A stretch of DNA of 64,000 bases from assembly GCA_030706735.1 (NCBI GenBank), contig JAUZNZ010000014.1:54629-118628 (forward strand), in the 5' to 3' direction. How positions within the stretch are numbered: the stretch's first letter is position 1; every line of letters starts with the position of its first letter. The position numbers and the translations under genes are program-made. The notes below the pieces were generated by a model. It did no database searches. It was given only the letters and a program-made list of their open reading frames with translations, and was not told the origin of the DNA. This document shows, piece by piece, positions 45,384-55,480 of this stretch. The stretch is from Bacteroidota bacterium (GTDB lineage: Bacteria > Bacteroidota > Bacteroidia > Chitinophagales > Chitinophagaceae).

Positions 45384-48300
45384 ATGAACGCCTCCCGGAG
45401 CGTATGTCTCCTTATTTTCCTTACTGTCAGCCTGGCTGCTGCTGCCCAAAAGGGCCATATCAGCTTTGAGCACCTGGGGAAGGACGCCGGTCTTTCCAAT
45501 AACCAGGTTAATTGCATTTTCAGGGATCAAAAGGGCTTCATGTGGTTCGGTACATTTTCCGGCCTGGATCGGTATGACGGCTCCGACTTCAAGATCTTCC
45601 GGAACGACCCCGGAAATCCTTCCACCATCGGAGAAAATTCCATTAGCAGTATTTTTGAGTTGCCCGAAGGCAAAATGGGCGTCAATACCACGAATCGTGG
45701 CCTCAATATTTATGACCCCGCTACCGAACGTTTTGACCGCAATGCCGCTGCTTATTTTTCGCACTGGAATATGCCGGACGGAGAGATCAGCCTGGTGTTG
45801 AAGGATACCTGGGGCTGCTATTGGTTCCTCTATAAGCAGTACGGTCTTTACAAATATTCGCCGGCCAACCATGCCTCGGAAAAGGTCCCCGCCGCATCGC
45901 GCTGGAAGACAGATACGACCGATGCCACCCCGAACGCGGGGCACAGCATTGCGACCTTTTGCCCGGATTCGAAGGGCGACGTGTGGGTCGTGTACAGCAA
46001 TGGTACGATCGAGAAACTCAATGGCCAGAAATACAATGTCCTGTTCCACTCCGAGACCGTCAAAAAGGCTAATAATGGAGAGAACCTGCTCTATTCGGTA
46101 TTTGTCGACAAGCAGGACGAACTCTGGATAACCACCCATAATTTTGCCAACGGCGTATTTTATTATAAGCCCTTCAACGATTCCCTGATCCATTTCTACG
46201 AGAATGATCCGCGACACCGGCTGAATTCGAATATCGTGGTCGGCGGAGAACAGGGTATCACCCAGGATAATAACGGCACGATCTGGATCGGAGCCGACCA
46301 CGGCGGCATCAACCTCGTAAATAAGAAAGACCTTTCGGTGCAATACCTGATGAATGATCCGGATGATAACAAGAGCCTGAGAGAGAATGCCATCTACTCC
46401 GTGTACAAGGACAATACGGGCATCGTGTGGGTGGGCACCCACAAGCATGGCGTCAGCTACTATGACGACGAGAATTCCAAATTCGCGCTTTTCCGGCACC
46501 GCGCCGCCGACCCCGGCAGCCTTCCCTATGAGGATGTCAATTGTTTTGCCGAAGACGCGCAGGGCAATCTCTGGATCGGCAGCAACGGGGGAGGACTCAT
46601 CTATTTCGACCGCTCCAGGAACGTCTTCACCCAATACCGCCATAGTGCCGCAGACCCCCAAAGCCTCAGCAGCGATGTGGTCGTAAGCCTCTGCATCGAC
46701 CACGAACAACACCTGTGGATCGGCACCTATTTCGGTTGCCTGGACAGGTTTGATAAAGGGAAATTCCAGCATTTCCGGCACGACCCGGCCAACCCGGCCA
46801 GCATTTCGGATGACAATGTCTGGCATATCATGGAGGACTCGCACCAGAATCTTTGGATCGGCACCCTTTCCCATGGCCTTGATCGCATGGACAGGAAGAA
46901 GAACGTTTTCTATCATTATCGCAACGGGGATTCCACCCTGCCGTCAGGCAAGATCCCTTCGCTGTATGTGGCATCCATTCTGGAGGATCGGAACGGCAAT
47001 ATCTGGGCCGGAACCTCCTACGGTATAGAGATGCTGAATATCAGGACGGGACGGTTTACCTACTATTTCCACGACGACAAGGACCCGCAGAGCATCAGCA
47101 GCGACGGCGCCACCAATATGATCCAGGATAGCCGGGGCCTGATCTGGATCGCCACGATCGATGGTCTCAATCTGTTCGATCCGAAAAAGAACATTTTCCG
47201 CGTCTTCCGAAAAGCCGACGGCCTGCCCGACAATGCCATCATCAGCATCGTGGAGGACAACGATCACAACCTCTGGCTGAGCCTGCCGGACGGCCTTTCC
47301 AATGTGACCGTGGTCACCAACAGCGATGGCACGTATGGATTTCGTTTTTCGAACTATAGCAAGGCGGATGGATTGCAGGAAGGCGAGTTCAATGCCTATC
47401 CTGGCCTGAAAACGGCCAAAGGCGAACTGGTCTTCGGCGGAGCCGAAGGCTTCAATCTCTTTCAGCCCGATAAGATACGCAATGGGAGAACGGTACCCAA
47501 TGTCGTGCTCACGGATCTGCAGGTATTCAATCAATCGGTGACACCCGGCGTGGCGATCAACAACCATGTCATCCTTGAACGGGACATCTCGGAGACCCGA
47601 TCGATCACCCTGAACTATGACGAGGACGTTTTTTCAATACAATTCGCGGCCCTGGATTTCGCGCATTCGGAACGGGACCAATATGAATACATGATGCAGG
47701 GGTTCGATAAGGAATGGCTGCGCAGCGGTAGCAACCAACGCCGGGTCACGTACACGAACCTTGACCCGGGAGATTATGTCTTCAAGGTAAAGGCGATGGA
47801 TAATGACGGCGCCTGGACCTCCACCATCCTTTCACTGCCCGTGACGATCCGACCCCCTTTCTGGATGACCTGGTGGTTCAGGACCTTGATGTGGGCGGCC
47901 CTGGTCGGCCTGGCCTTTGTCGCATACCGGATTCGGACAAAGAGCCTGCACGTAGCTAAGGACCTGGCGGAAAAAACGGCCTTCGTGAAGTCCAAGTTCC
48001 TCAGCAACATGAGCCATGAACTGAGAACACCCCTGAATGGCATCATCGGTACGATCAACCTGATGCTCCAGGACAGATATCTCGAGGAACAGAAAGAGCA
48101 CCTCAATGTCCTCAAATATTCCAGCGAACTGATGCTGGGCCTCATCAATGATGTGCTGGACTTTTCGAAGATCGAGGCAGGCAAACTGCAGCTCGACATG
48201 ACCTGCTTTAACCTCAAAGTGCTGCTGGAGAAGACCAGGACCCTCTTCCAGCAACAATTTATTGCCAAAGGGGTGGGTTTGAAGCTGGATGTCGACGAGC

Positions 48301-49106
48301 ACCTGGATGTATTTGTGATGAGCGACGAGATCCGCATCAACCAGATCCTGCACAATTTGTTGTCCAATGCCCTGAAGTTCACGGAGCGAGGTAAGGTGAT
48401 ACTGTCTGCCAAGGTCAACACGGCCAGCAGCGAAGAAATTTCTGTGACCTTTTCCGTATTGGATTCGGGGATCGGAATCAGCGAAGATAAGCTCTCGGAT
48501 ATCTTCGACAGCTTCTCACAGGCCGATATCAACACCACCCGCAAGTACGGCGGAACGGGACTCGGGCTCGCGATCAGTAAAAAACTGGTGCAGATCTTCG
48601 GAAGCGAACTGGAGGTCGAGAGCAAGGTGGGTTCCGGAAGCCGCTTTTTCTTCACGGTCGGTCTGCGCCTGGTGACGGGACGGAGACCGTATGTAAACGA
48701 GCAGGGAACCAAAGACCTCTCCAGCCTGGCAGGTATGCGCGTGCTGGTGGCGGAGGATAACAATATCAGCATGAAGGTGACGAAAAGATTCCTGCAGAAA
48801 TGGGGCGTCGAGGCCGCGGAGGCGAAGAACGGGCACGAGGTGCTGAATCAGTTCCGAAAAGGAGCCTTCGATCTGCTGCTGCTGGACCTGGAAATGCCTG
48901 AAATGGACGGTTATGCCGCCATCAAAGAGATACGCAAAACGGATAGCGAGGTTCCGGCGATCGCCTTCACGGCAAGTATATTCGAAAATATGAAAGAAGA
49001 GCTGCAAAAGCACGGATTCCAGGACTTCATCAGAAAGCCGTTCCGTCCTGCAGACCTGCATAAGAAGCTGCTGCAATTTGCCGGAGCCGCATTGCGCGAG
49101 CGGTAA
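45384..49106 (+). CDS. hybrid sensor histidine kinase (beta-propeller/Y_Y_Y sensor, TM, HisKA, HATPase, receiver)
   Basis: Signal peptide, Reg_prop repeats, TYTNLDPGDY, SHELRTPLNG, NLLSNALKFT, GGTGLGL, LLLLDLEMPEMDG; no DNA-binding output domain. Confidence 0.93.
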   Translation: MNASRSVCLLIFLTVSLAAAAQKGHISFEHLGKDAGLSNNQVNCIFRDQKGFMWFGTFSGLDRYDGSDFKIFRNDPGNPSTIGENSISSIFELPEGKMGVNTTNRGLNIYDPATERFDRNAAAYFSHWNMPDGEISLVLKDTWGCYWFLYKQYGLYKYSPANHASEKVPAASRWKTDTTDATPNAGHSIATFCPDSKGDVWVVYSNGTIEKLNGQKYNVLFHSETVKKANNGENLLYSVFVDKQDELWITTHNFANGVFYYKPFNDSLIHFYENDPRHRLNSNIVVGGEQGITQDNNGTIWIGADHGGINLVNKKDLSVQYLMNDPDDNKSLRENAIYSVYKDNTGIVWVGTHKHGVSYYDDENSKFALFRHRAADPGSLPYEDVNCFAEDAQGNLWIGSNGGGLIYFDRSRNVFTQYRHSAADPQSLSSDVVVSLCIDHEQHLWIGTYFGCLDRFDKGKFQHFRHDPANPASISDDNVWHIMEDSHQNLWIGTLSHGLDRMDRKKNVFYHYRNGDSTLPSGKIPSLYVASILEDRNGNIWAGTSYGIEMLNIRTGRFTYYFHDDKDPQSISSDGATNMIQDSRGLIWIATIDGLNLFDPKKNIFRVFRKADGLPDNAIISIVEDNDHNLWLSLPDGLSNVTVVTNSDGTYGFRFSNYSKADGLQEGEFNAYPGLKTAKGELVFGGAEGFNLFQPDKIRNGRTVPNVVLTDLQVFNQSVTPGVAINNHVILERDISETRSITLNYDEDVFSIQFAALDFAHSERDQYEYMMQGFDKEWLRSGSNQRRVTYTNLDPGDYVFKVKAMDNDGAWTSTILSLPVTIRPPFWMTWWFRTLMWAALVGLAFVAYRIRTKSLHVAKDLAEKTAFVKSKFLSNMSHELRTPLNGIIGTINLMLQDRYLEEQKEHLNVLKYSSELMLGLINDVLDFSKIEAGKLQLDMTCFNLKVLLEKTRTLFQQQFIAKGVGLKLDVDEHLDVFVMSDEIRINQILHNLLSNALKFTERGKVILSAKVNTASSEEISVTFSVLDSGIGISEDKLSDIFDSFSQADINTTRKYGGTGLGLAISKKLVQIFGSELEVESKVGSGSRFFFTVGLRLVTGRRPYVNEQGTKDLSSLAGMRVLVAEDNNISMKVTKRFLQKWGVEAAEAKNGHEVLNQFRKGAFDLLLLDLEMPEMDGYAAIKEIRKTDSEVPAIAFTASIFENMKEELQKHGFQDFIRKPFRPADLHKKLLQFAGAALRER

Positions 49107-50024
49107 TCATTTCAACCGCCTGAGCGGCAGGGGCAGTCGATTGAGGCGATAGAAGAAATAGGGCTCATCACGGCTGCCGAAATTGGCATAAAAATGCGCA
49201 ATCCCCGGCAGGTCGGATCCTTCGAAATCAAGCAACAAGGGCTGCCCTGCAAATTCCGCAATGACCCGGTCCAGGAGAAAATGGTTGGCGCCCGTATGCC
49301 GGCCCTCCGGCAGATTGGTCGATTGCAGCAAGTGCATGCGCCCTTCCCCCACGAGGAACAGGGCGGTTGCCAAAACCTTCCCCTTACGATCCCGTACCGC
49401 TCTCAGGATACATTGCCCCCGCTCCCGGAGAAAGGAACAAAGTGTTGAAAATCGTCGCCAGGACTCCTCCTTCACATGTGGCGTACGGGGACCGTAGCGT
49501 TCCCTGTACATGGACAAAGCCGTGGAGAGCTCGAAGTCCCGGATATAGGCAAAGGAGGAACTCGCTGCCTCTTTCAGGTTGCGGACGAGATCTTTTTTAT
49601 AGCCGCCCGCGAGCTGAGCATAGGGCATGTTCAGATCCAGGATATAATTGGTATGGGAAGGCAGTGAAGGATAAGGGTTCAGGTAGTTCAGGAATAATTC
49701 GGCAAATCGAAAATGCTCCGCCAGACGGGACAGGCAGGCCCCGACCAGCGAAGGCGCGATCTCTCCCGCAGCGAATATCCCCAGCTGTTGGGTAAAGGGT
49801 GGCTGACAGGCATAGCGGATCCCCCATTTGCGGTTCCAGGGAATGGGCATGACGACGCGGTAATCGTCAAGCACCAGGGCGTCCCATTTTTCCGGCGCCA
49901 TATGATCGAGATAAAAGGAGCGGGCGTAGATAAGCGCATTGGCGGCCTGCCCGATGCAACGATCCCATTTGTCTGCATCGATCTCCTGCCGCCGCAGATA
50001 ATGGATATCCTGTTCAGAGATCAT
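49107..50024 (-). CDS. GNAT/FemAB-like acyltransferase-fold protein
   Basis: IDADKWD, QPPFTQQLG, LLDFEGSDLPGIAHFYANFG; likely start MISEQ at 50024. Confidence 0.7.
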   Translation of the reverse strand: MISEQDIHYLRRQEIDADKWDRCIGQAANALIYARSFYLDHMAPEKWDALVLDDYRVVMPIPWNRKWGIRYACQPPFTQQLGIFAAGEIAPSLVGACLSRLAEHFRFAELFLNYLNPYPSLPSHTNYILDLNMPYAQLAGGYKKDLVRNLKEAASSSFAYIRDFELSTALSMYRERYGPRTPHVKEESWRRFSTLCSFLRERGQCILRAVRDRKGKVLATALFLVGEGRMHLLQSTNLPEGRHTGANHFLLDRVIAEFAGQPLLLDFEGSDLPGIAHFYANFGSRDEPYFFYRLNRLPLPLRRLK

Positions 50025-52764
50025 GATAGGGGAAAATTTGATGGAGATCCGGTTTTTGCAGGTCGATGCTGAACGAGACTTTTTTCCAAAAGCCATTCTC
50101 GCCCGGCACCGTCTTCAGGTTATCGCTGAAAACGTGACTGTAGAAGAGCGGCGCATAAATATGGACCACATCCTTTAACAGCGATAATTGTAGTCCGCCG
50201 GTATACAGGAATTTATCCGTCGGTGGATTTGGCTTCCAGCTTTCTGCATAGGTGCCCACGTCGAAAAAGACCCGGAGGGGCAGCCAGGCAGGCACAAGAC
50301 CCTGCGGCAGGGTGCTGTTGAAATTGATGGCCGCTACCCAGTTGTCCGACCTGCCCTGAAGGCCCTGAAAAAGGTCGGTACGGATCTTTAACCCACCGTC
50401 CCGCATCATGATCTGCTGACTCGCAAAGCCGGTAAATTCATTCCTGCCTATGAAATAATTGCTGTAGGTATAATCCTCATTGCCCCTGACGGCGGTCAGC
50501 TTCGGTTCATAACCGGACAGGTCCAGTGAGCTGTTCCCTCCGCCTACAAAACCGAATTTTGCCGCAAACAGCCGGACCGCCATGCCCCCGCCTTTCGAAT
50601 AGTTGAAGAAATAATTGCCCTCGAAATTGATCCGGTACCATTCAGGGGCCTGTTGGAATTGCAGCAAACCACGGTAAGGGTAAAGTACCCGGTTATCGCC
50701 GGCGTGGATACTCAACTGATTGAGATAGCGGAAGGCATAGTTTCCTTTCGTGGGATAAAACAGGGAGTCGGCAGACTTGCGCACATAATGGTCCAGCGCG
50801 CGCTCGCCGATCAGGTAGGTCTTCCATTCGATCCACTTGTCCGCCGTACTGCGCACGGACGCATTGTTCAAGGTGAGGCGCAGGGATGGAACCACCTTAT
50901 AGAATCCGCCATAGAGCTGCCTGCCATTGCTGTCCGTGCCGGAGAAGGTGGAAAACTTCGCGGCGGCGACCGCGAGATGGATCCGGTGAATGGCTCCGCT
51001 TTCCCCGGGGCCTGAAGGAAACCAGCTATAACTGAACCGGGCAAGTCCATTCAATTGCTTGCTTTCATGTGCATACAAGGGGCAGAACAGGAATTGGAAA
51101 GGGGACGCGGGCAGGTCATAGTTATGGACTACCAGTCCGGCCATGAAGTCGTCATACTTGTTGTAGCCGATGGCGGGAAAGATATTGATATAGGAAATGC
51201 TGTCGGCCTTGATGATGGCCGTTTCAAAAGCGGCCTGTATCCTGCGGTGGGGAACTGGTGGCGGCATGGCGCCCCGCTGATCGAGCATGGCGAAGGATCG
51301 GCCCAGTTCCCGATGGCTGGTTGCTTCCATTACGGCTCGAAAATCCTCCGGATAAGGATGCCTGAACTGCCAGTCACGGAAATACGCCTGCATACCGCTG
51401 TCGAATAGCGCTTTCCCGAGCGCTCGCTCCAACCCTTCCAGCCAGAGCCGGGTCTTTTGGGCGGCGATCAGGCTATAGTTGCCCTGGCTGAATGTTTCCG
51501 CCGCCGTCGAAATGGGCTGGTCAAGTTTTTGTGCGGCGGCGGCCGAAAGGGTGATCCTCGCCATGTCATCCGGCCAAAATGGCCAGGGACCTGCGTCTCC
51601 GTGCAGATAGGTCCTCCCCGGATACTTCTGTTCCCTGTATCGCCGGTCATAGAATGCGTTCATGCCTTCATCCATCCAGGGCCAACGCTGCCCGTCCGTA
51701 CCCAGGTCGAAGCCGAACCAGTTGCAGCCCATCGCGTGTTCGATGGACAGGTCCAGGTCCAAGACGCCTTTATCCCCATTGATCGCCGCCAGGGTCGGAT
51801 AGCCTGCGCTGCCGGGCGGTCCCATTCTCGTTTCGGCCACGGCGGCGACGTCAAAGGGATATTCGCCGATCGCCGAAGATCGAAACCGGATGGCGTCTTT
51901 CAGGTATTGCATGCAGCTCTTCCATTGGATGTTCGCGGCAGGCCGGTAATAGGCATACAGGTCGATGACCCTGCCCGAGGGAAGGGAGAGCGTATCGTGG
52001 TCGGTATGGTATTGTTTATCCGCGAACCAGGCAAAGTCCTGGAGATGATCCTGAATACAACGCCAGGTGCGGGTCGCCGGCGTGGCAGGGGAGATTTCCT
52101 CGGCCCGCCCGGTCGCGGCCACTACATAGCCGCCGGGAACAGTGATGGTGACGTCATAATGGCCGAACTCTCCGTATAGACCGCCCTGGTCGGGATAGGG
52201 CATGGGATGCCAGCCGCTATGGTCGTAGACCGCGGGCCTGGGGTACCATTGCGCAATATGAAAGGTCCCATGTGCGTACCCGCTGCGGGCGAACGCATAA
52301 GGCAACTTCTCGTGAAAAGGGGTAGTTATGCTGCTGCGGCCGCCCGGCGCAAGAGGATGCGGCAGAATAACCCGCACCACGTCGATGTATTGCGGGTGGT
52401 CCTCTGTAACGGCGATCGCTCCGTCGACACGAAAATCAAGACGGTTGATATACCCTTTTTGCGTTTTGTCGGAAAAGTAAAAGTCCGTTCTGCCATTGCC
52501 GAGCGATTGCTCGCTGAAGGCCGTTTCATCATTGCGGAAGGCATTGGGCCAGAGATGGATCCAGATATACCGGAGGGTGTCCGGAGAATGATTGACGTAC
52601 CGCATCGTCACGAAACCGTCGAGGGTCTTTTCCCGGTCGTCGAGAACGACGTTGATCTTGTAATCTACCTCCTGCTGCCAGTAGGTCTGAGCCTCAAGTC
52701 TCAAGCTGCATCCGACAAGCCCGAAGAAAAGAAGGTAGAAGAAAGATCCCTTTCGTGATTTCAA
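50014..52764 (-). CDS. M1 aminopeptidase homolog with a degenerate active site and a ~400-aa C-terminal beta-rich domain
   Basis: YWQQEV, HLWPNA, QWYP and DFAWFAD retained; GGMEYP changed to GSAGYP and HEXXH to HAMGC; WMDEG retained. Confidence 0.85.
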   Translation of the reverse strand: MKSRKGSFFYLLFFGLVGCSLRLEAQTYWQQEVDYKINVVLDDREKTLDGFVTMRYVNHSPDTLRYIWIHLWPNAFRNDETAFSEQSLGNGRTDFYFSDKTQKGYINRLDFRVDGAIAVTEDHPQYIDVVRVILPHPLAPGGRSSITTPFHEKLPYAFARSGYAHGTFHIAQWYPRPAVYDHSGWHPMPYPDQGGLYGEFGHYDVTITVPGGYVVAATGRAEEISPATPATRTWRCIQDHLQDFAWFADKQYHTDHDTLSLPSGRVIDLYAYYRPAANIQWKSCMQYLKDAIRFRSSAIGEYPFDVAAVAETRMGPPGSAGYPTLAAINGDKGVLDLDLSIEHAMGCNWFGFDLGTDGQRWPWMDEGMNAFYDRRYREQKYPGRTYLHGDAGPWPFWPDDMARITLSAAAAQKLDQPISTAAETFSQGNYSLIAAQKTRLWLEGLERALGKALFDSGMQAYFRDWQFRHPYPEDFRAVMEATSHRELGRSFAMLDQRGAMPPPVPHRRIQAAFETAIIKADSISYINIFPAIGYNKYDDFMAGLVVHNYDLPASPFQFLFCPLYAHESKQLNGLARFSYSWFPSGPGESGAIHRIHLAVAAAKFSTFSGTDSNGRQLYGGFYKVVPSLRLTLNNASVRSTADKWIEWKTYLIGERALDHYVRKSADSLFYPTKGNYAFRYLNQLSIHAGDNRVLYPYRGLLQFQQAPEWYRINFEGNYFFNYSKGGGMAVRLFAAKFGFVGGGNSSLDLSGYEPKLTAVRGNEDYTYSNYFIGRNEFTGFASQQIMMRDGGLKIRTDLFQGLQGRSDNWVAAINFNSTLPQGLVPAWLPLRVFFDVGTYAESWKPNPPTDKFLYTGGLQLSLLKDVVHIYAPLFYSHVFSDNLKTVPGENGFWKKVSFSIDLQKPDLHQIFPYHDL

Positions 52765-52815
52765 TCGCTGGTTATTTTGTCAAAAATAAGATATTCACCC
52801 GTTGATCGGCAGCCG

Positions 52816-54447
52816 TCAGAATGACCCCGACTTGTTCAGCAGTGCGAACACGTTGTCCAATGGCTCATGAGTCACCTCTTCCAGGCTGGCTTTCAGGTCT
52901 TCCGGATAAGGATGCCTGAATTTCCATTCGGTAAAATAGTTCCGCATGCCTTTTTTGAAGTCTTCCTGCCCCATGGCCTTCTGAAGGATGTACATCCAAA
53001 CGGCGGTGCGCGCATATTCCACCAGGCCGTACTCGCTCTCTGAACGAAAGCCTGTGGCCGGGGTTTCGATCGGCTCGTCCGTTCGGACCTGGTTGAATAC
53101 AGCATAGACCGCGTCAAGGAAGTCATCAAGCCCTTTTTTGCGGATGTCCCGCGGTATGAGGTTTCCGAGCGCGGAATTCGTCCGGTATTTCTCCGCCTCA
53201 TACAGGAATTCATAATAGCTATTGATCCCCTCGTCCATCCAGGGGTGCTCGCGTTCGTTGCTGCCGAGCATACCATAGAACCAATTATGTCCTACCTCAT
53301 GCGCGATGACGCCGTCCAGTTCATCCTTCGACGCGCCCGGGCTGGTGATCAGGGTGATCATCGGATATTCCATGCCGCCGGACGAAACATTACCGGGACC
53401 TTCCACGGCGCTTACTACCGGGTAGCCGTATTCCCCCACCCAATCCGAATAGTGCAGAACGGCATCCTTGATAAATGAAATGCTATGCAGCCATTGCCTT
53501 CCGGCGCCGGAGCGATAGTAGGAAAAGACGTCGATGACCCGGCCCGAAGGAAGCCGCAAGGTGTCATAGTTGATAAACAGTGATTTGTCGGCGAACCACG
53601 CGAAGTCGTGGATATTCTCGCCGTGATAGTCGAGCGTCTTCATGGCTGCCGGGTCCGTTGCGCGATAAGCCGTAAAGCCTGCAGGGTTGGCGGAATCGGC
53701 CAGGTTGGCCTTCCCGATCGTCCGGTACCTGGCAAGCTCATCTCCGGTTTGCAGTTCTCCGGTGGCGCCGACGACATAAGCGGACGGAAGGGTAATATGT
53801 ACGTCGAAACTGCCGAACTCGCTGTAGAATTCACCCTGATCCAGATAGGGAAATTCATGCCAGCCCTGGCGATCATAGACGGCCGGTTTTGGGTACCACT
53901 GGGTGATCATGTACGAATGGCCCTCATGACCAAGGCGCGAGAAATAAGAAGGGATCTTTACAAAGAAAGGGGTGGCGATCCGGATCCGGGCGCCCGGCGC
54001 GAGCATGGCCGGCAGCAACAGCTTGACGACATCGTTGTATTTCGGGTGGGCCTGCGTGGCGGCAGGCTGCCCGTCGACGGTAAAAGCCAGTCCGTTGATA
54101 TATCCATTCTCCCTGACCTTTTTCAGTTTTTCCTTCCGATCCTCGAGCGTGGCCAGCTGCCTGAACAATGCGGTGGAATTATCTTTATACGCATTCGGCC
54201 AGAGATGGAACCAAATGAAGGACAGGGTGTCCGGCGAATGATTGACATAGTCGAGCGATTCGACCCCCTGCAGGGAATGGGCCCGGTCATCGAGCGTTAC
54301 CTGAAGGGAATAATGCAGTTCCTGTTGCCAGTAGGCTGGCGAAGGCGCCGGCCCGGTTGCGTCACCGGCGTGCGGACCCGACCAGGCTGTGAAGCAGAAG
54401 CCGCAGCCGGCAAGGATCAACAGGAACCTTTCTTTTTGTTTATTCAT
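52816..54447 (-). CDS. M1 family metallo-aminopeptidase (intact)
   Basis: GGMEYP, HEVGH, WMDEG; signal peptide. Confidence 0.92.
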   Translation of the reverse strand: MNKQKERFLLILAGCGFCFTAWSGPHAGDATGPAPSPAYWQQELHYSLQVTLDDRAHSLQGVESLDYVNHSPDTLSFIWFHLWPNAYKDNSTALFRQLATLEDRKEKLKKVRENGYINGLAFTVDGQPAATQAHPKYNDVVKLLLPAMLAPGARIRIATPFFVKIPSYFSRLGHEGHSYMITQWYPKPAVYDRQGWHEFPYLDQGEFYSEFGSFDVHITLPSAYVVGATGELQTGDELARYRTIGKANLADSANPAGFTAYRATDPAAMKTLDYHGENIHDFAWFADKSLFINYDTLRLPSGRVIDVFSYYRSGAGRQWLHSISFIKDAVLHYSDWVGEYGYPVVSAVEGPGNVSSGGMEYPMITLITSPGASKDELDGVIAHEVGHNWFYGMLGSNEREHPWMDEGINSYYEFLYEAEKYRTNSALGNLIPRDIRKKGLDDFLDAVYAVFNQVRTDEPIETPATGFRSESEYGLVEYARTAVWMYILQKAMGQEDFKKGMRNYFTEWKFRHPYPEDLKASLEEVTHEPLDNVFALLNKSGSF

Positions 54448-54517
54448 AAATTGAGCTCTTCCAATTTGCGTTCGCGTGCTGATCCACCTGATCCCGTCGA
54501 TCCCCCCGTCATCGAAC

Positions 54518-55471
54518 CTATCGCGCCGTCCCTTTCGTCAGCAAGCCCTTGGCCCGCAGGTCCGTACAGAGCTGCCGCGTGAACAGGACGGCGCCCGCAT
54601 GATCCAGATGCTGCTCGTCGCTGAACAGGGCGGGGTGGCCGCTAAAACCGGCGGATCCCGCGCCTGAATAGTCCAGGAAAGGCACCCCATGATCGCGGCA
54701 AATCATGCCGGCGAGCCGGGTCGTCGAACTGCCTTCGGGCAATGAGAAATAAACAGGCGAAACCACGACGACGAGCTTGCAATGATTGCTTGCAGACAAC
54801 GAAATGATCTCCGAGAATGCCCCGACGATGGCGCTGTCCGGCGGATCGGTCAACTCCCGTTCGGTGAATGCAGTGGCCGGGGTGCGGGCCATCGGCTGAT
54901 CTTTTGGAATATATCCATTGATGACCCCGGAATCCCCCGTTCCATACAAGTTGTTGAAAACGATCTGCAGGGGCAGGGAATTGTAGCAATATAACGAAGA
55001 ATGCGTCTTTAACCATTCCCAGCGGCTCCTTTTGTTAAGGACGGCGCGTATCTCGGGGTGCCGGCGGTAATAGGGCAGCAGGATGGACAATTCGTCGAGG
55101 CCGGCCTGGTCTGGTTGAAAGGCGATCGGGGTAAGGTCAAGGATCAGCCATTCTGGCCGGTACCGGCCCAGGATCGACCGCAATATCGCCAGGGAATAGA
55201 AAATGCCCTGCTGGTCCTTTCCGGCATTATAGCACGCAAGCCCCGTACTGTCGGTAATGATGGAAGGAATATAATGATGTGCAGCCCTCGACGAGCCGAG
55301 TACCACGATCGGAGCCCTGATGGAATCCATGACCAGCGTCGTCCGGGCCTGCTCTCCGTGACGGAGCCGGAAATAAAAATGCGACATGAGCCCGCCGATC
55401 CCCAGGTCGGCAACGAAGAGGATAAGCCCGATCAGCAGCAGCCGCATGTAAAATGATCTTCTTTTTTGCAT
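54518..55471 (-). CDS. SGNH-like membrane-anchored partner of MBOAT (AlgJ/PatB/DltD-like)
   Basis: N-terminal TM, VLGSSRA, C-terminal DEQHL (DxxH); directly downstream of the MBOAT gene. Confidence 0.72.
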   Translation of the reverse strand: MQKRRSFYMRLLLIGLILFVADLGIGGLMSHFYFRLRHGEQARTTLVMDSIRAPIVVLGSSRAAHHYIPSIITDSTGLACYNAGKDQQGIFYSLAILRSILGRYRPEWLILDLTPIAFQPDQAGLDELSILLPYYRRHPEIRAVLNKRSRWEWLKTHSSLYCYNSLPLQIVFNNLYGTGDSGVINGYIPKDQPMARTPATAFTERELTDPPDSAIVGAFSEIISLSASNHCKLVVVVSPVYFSLPEGSSTTRLAGMICRDHGVPFLDYSGAGSAGFSGHPALFSDEQHLDHAGAVLFTRQLCTDLRAKGLLTKGTAR

Positions 55472-55480
55472 AACGATTGC

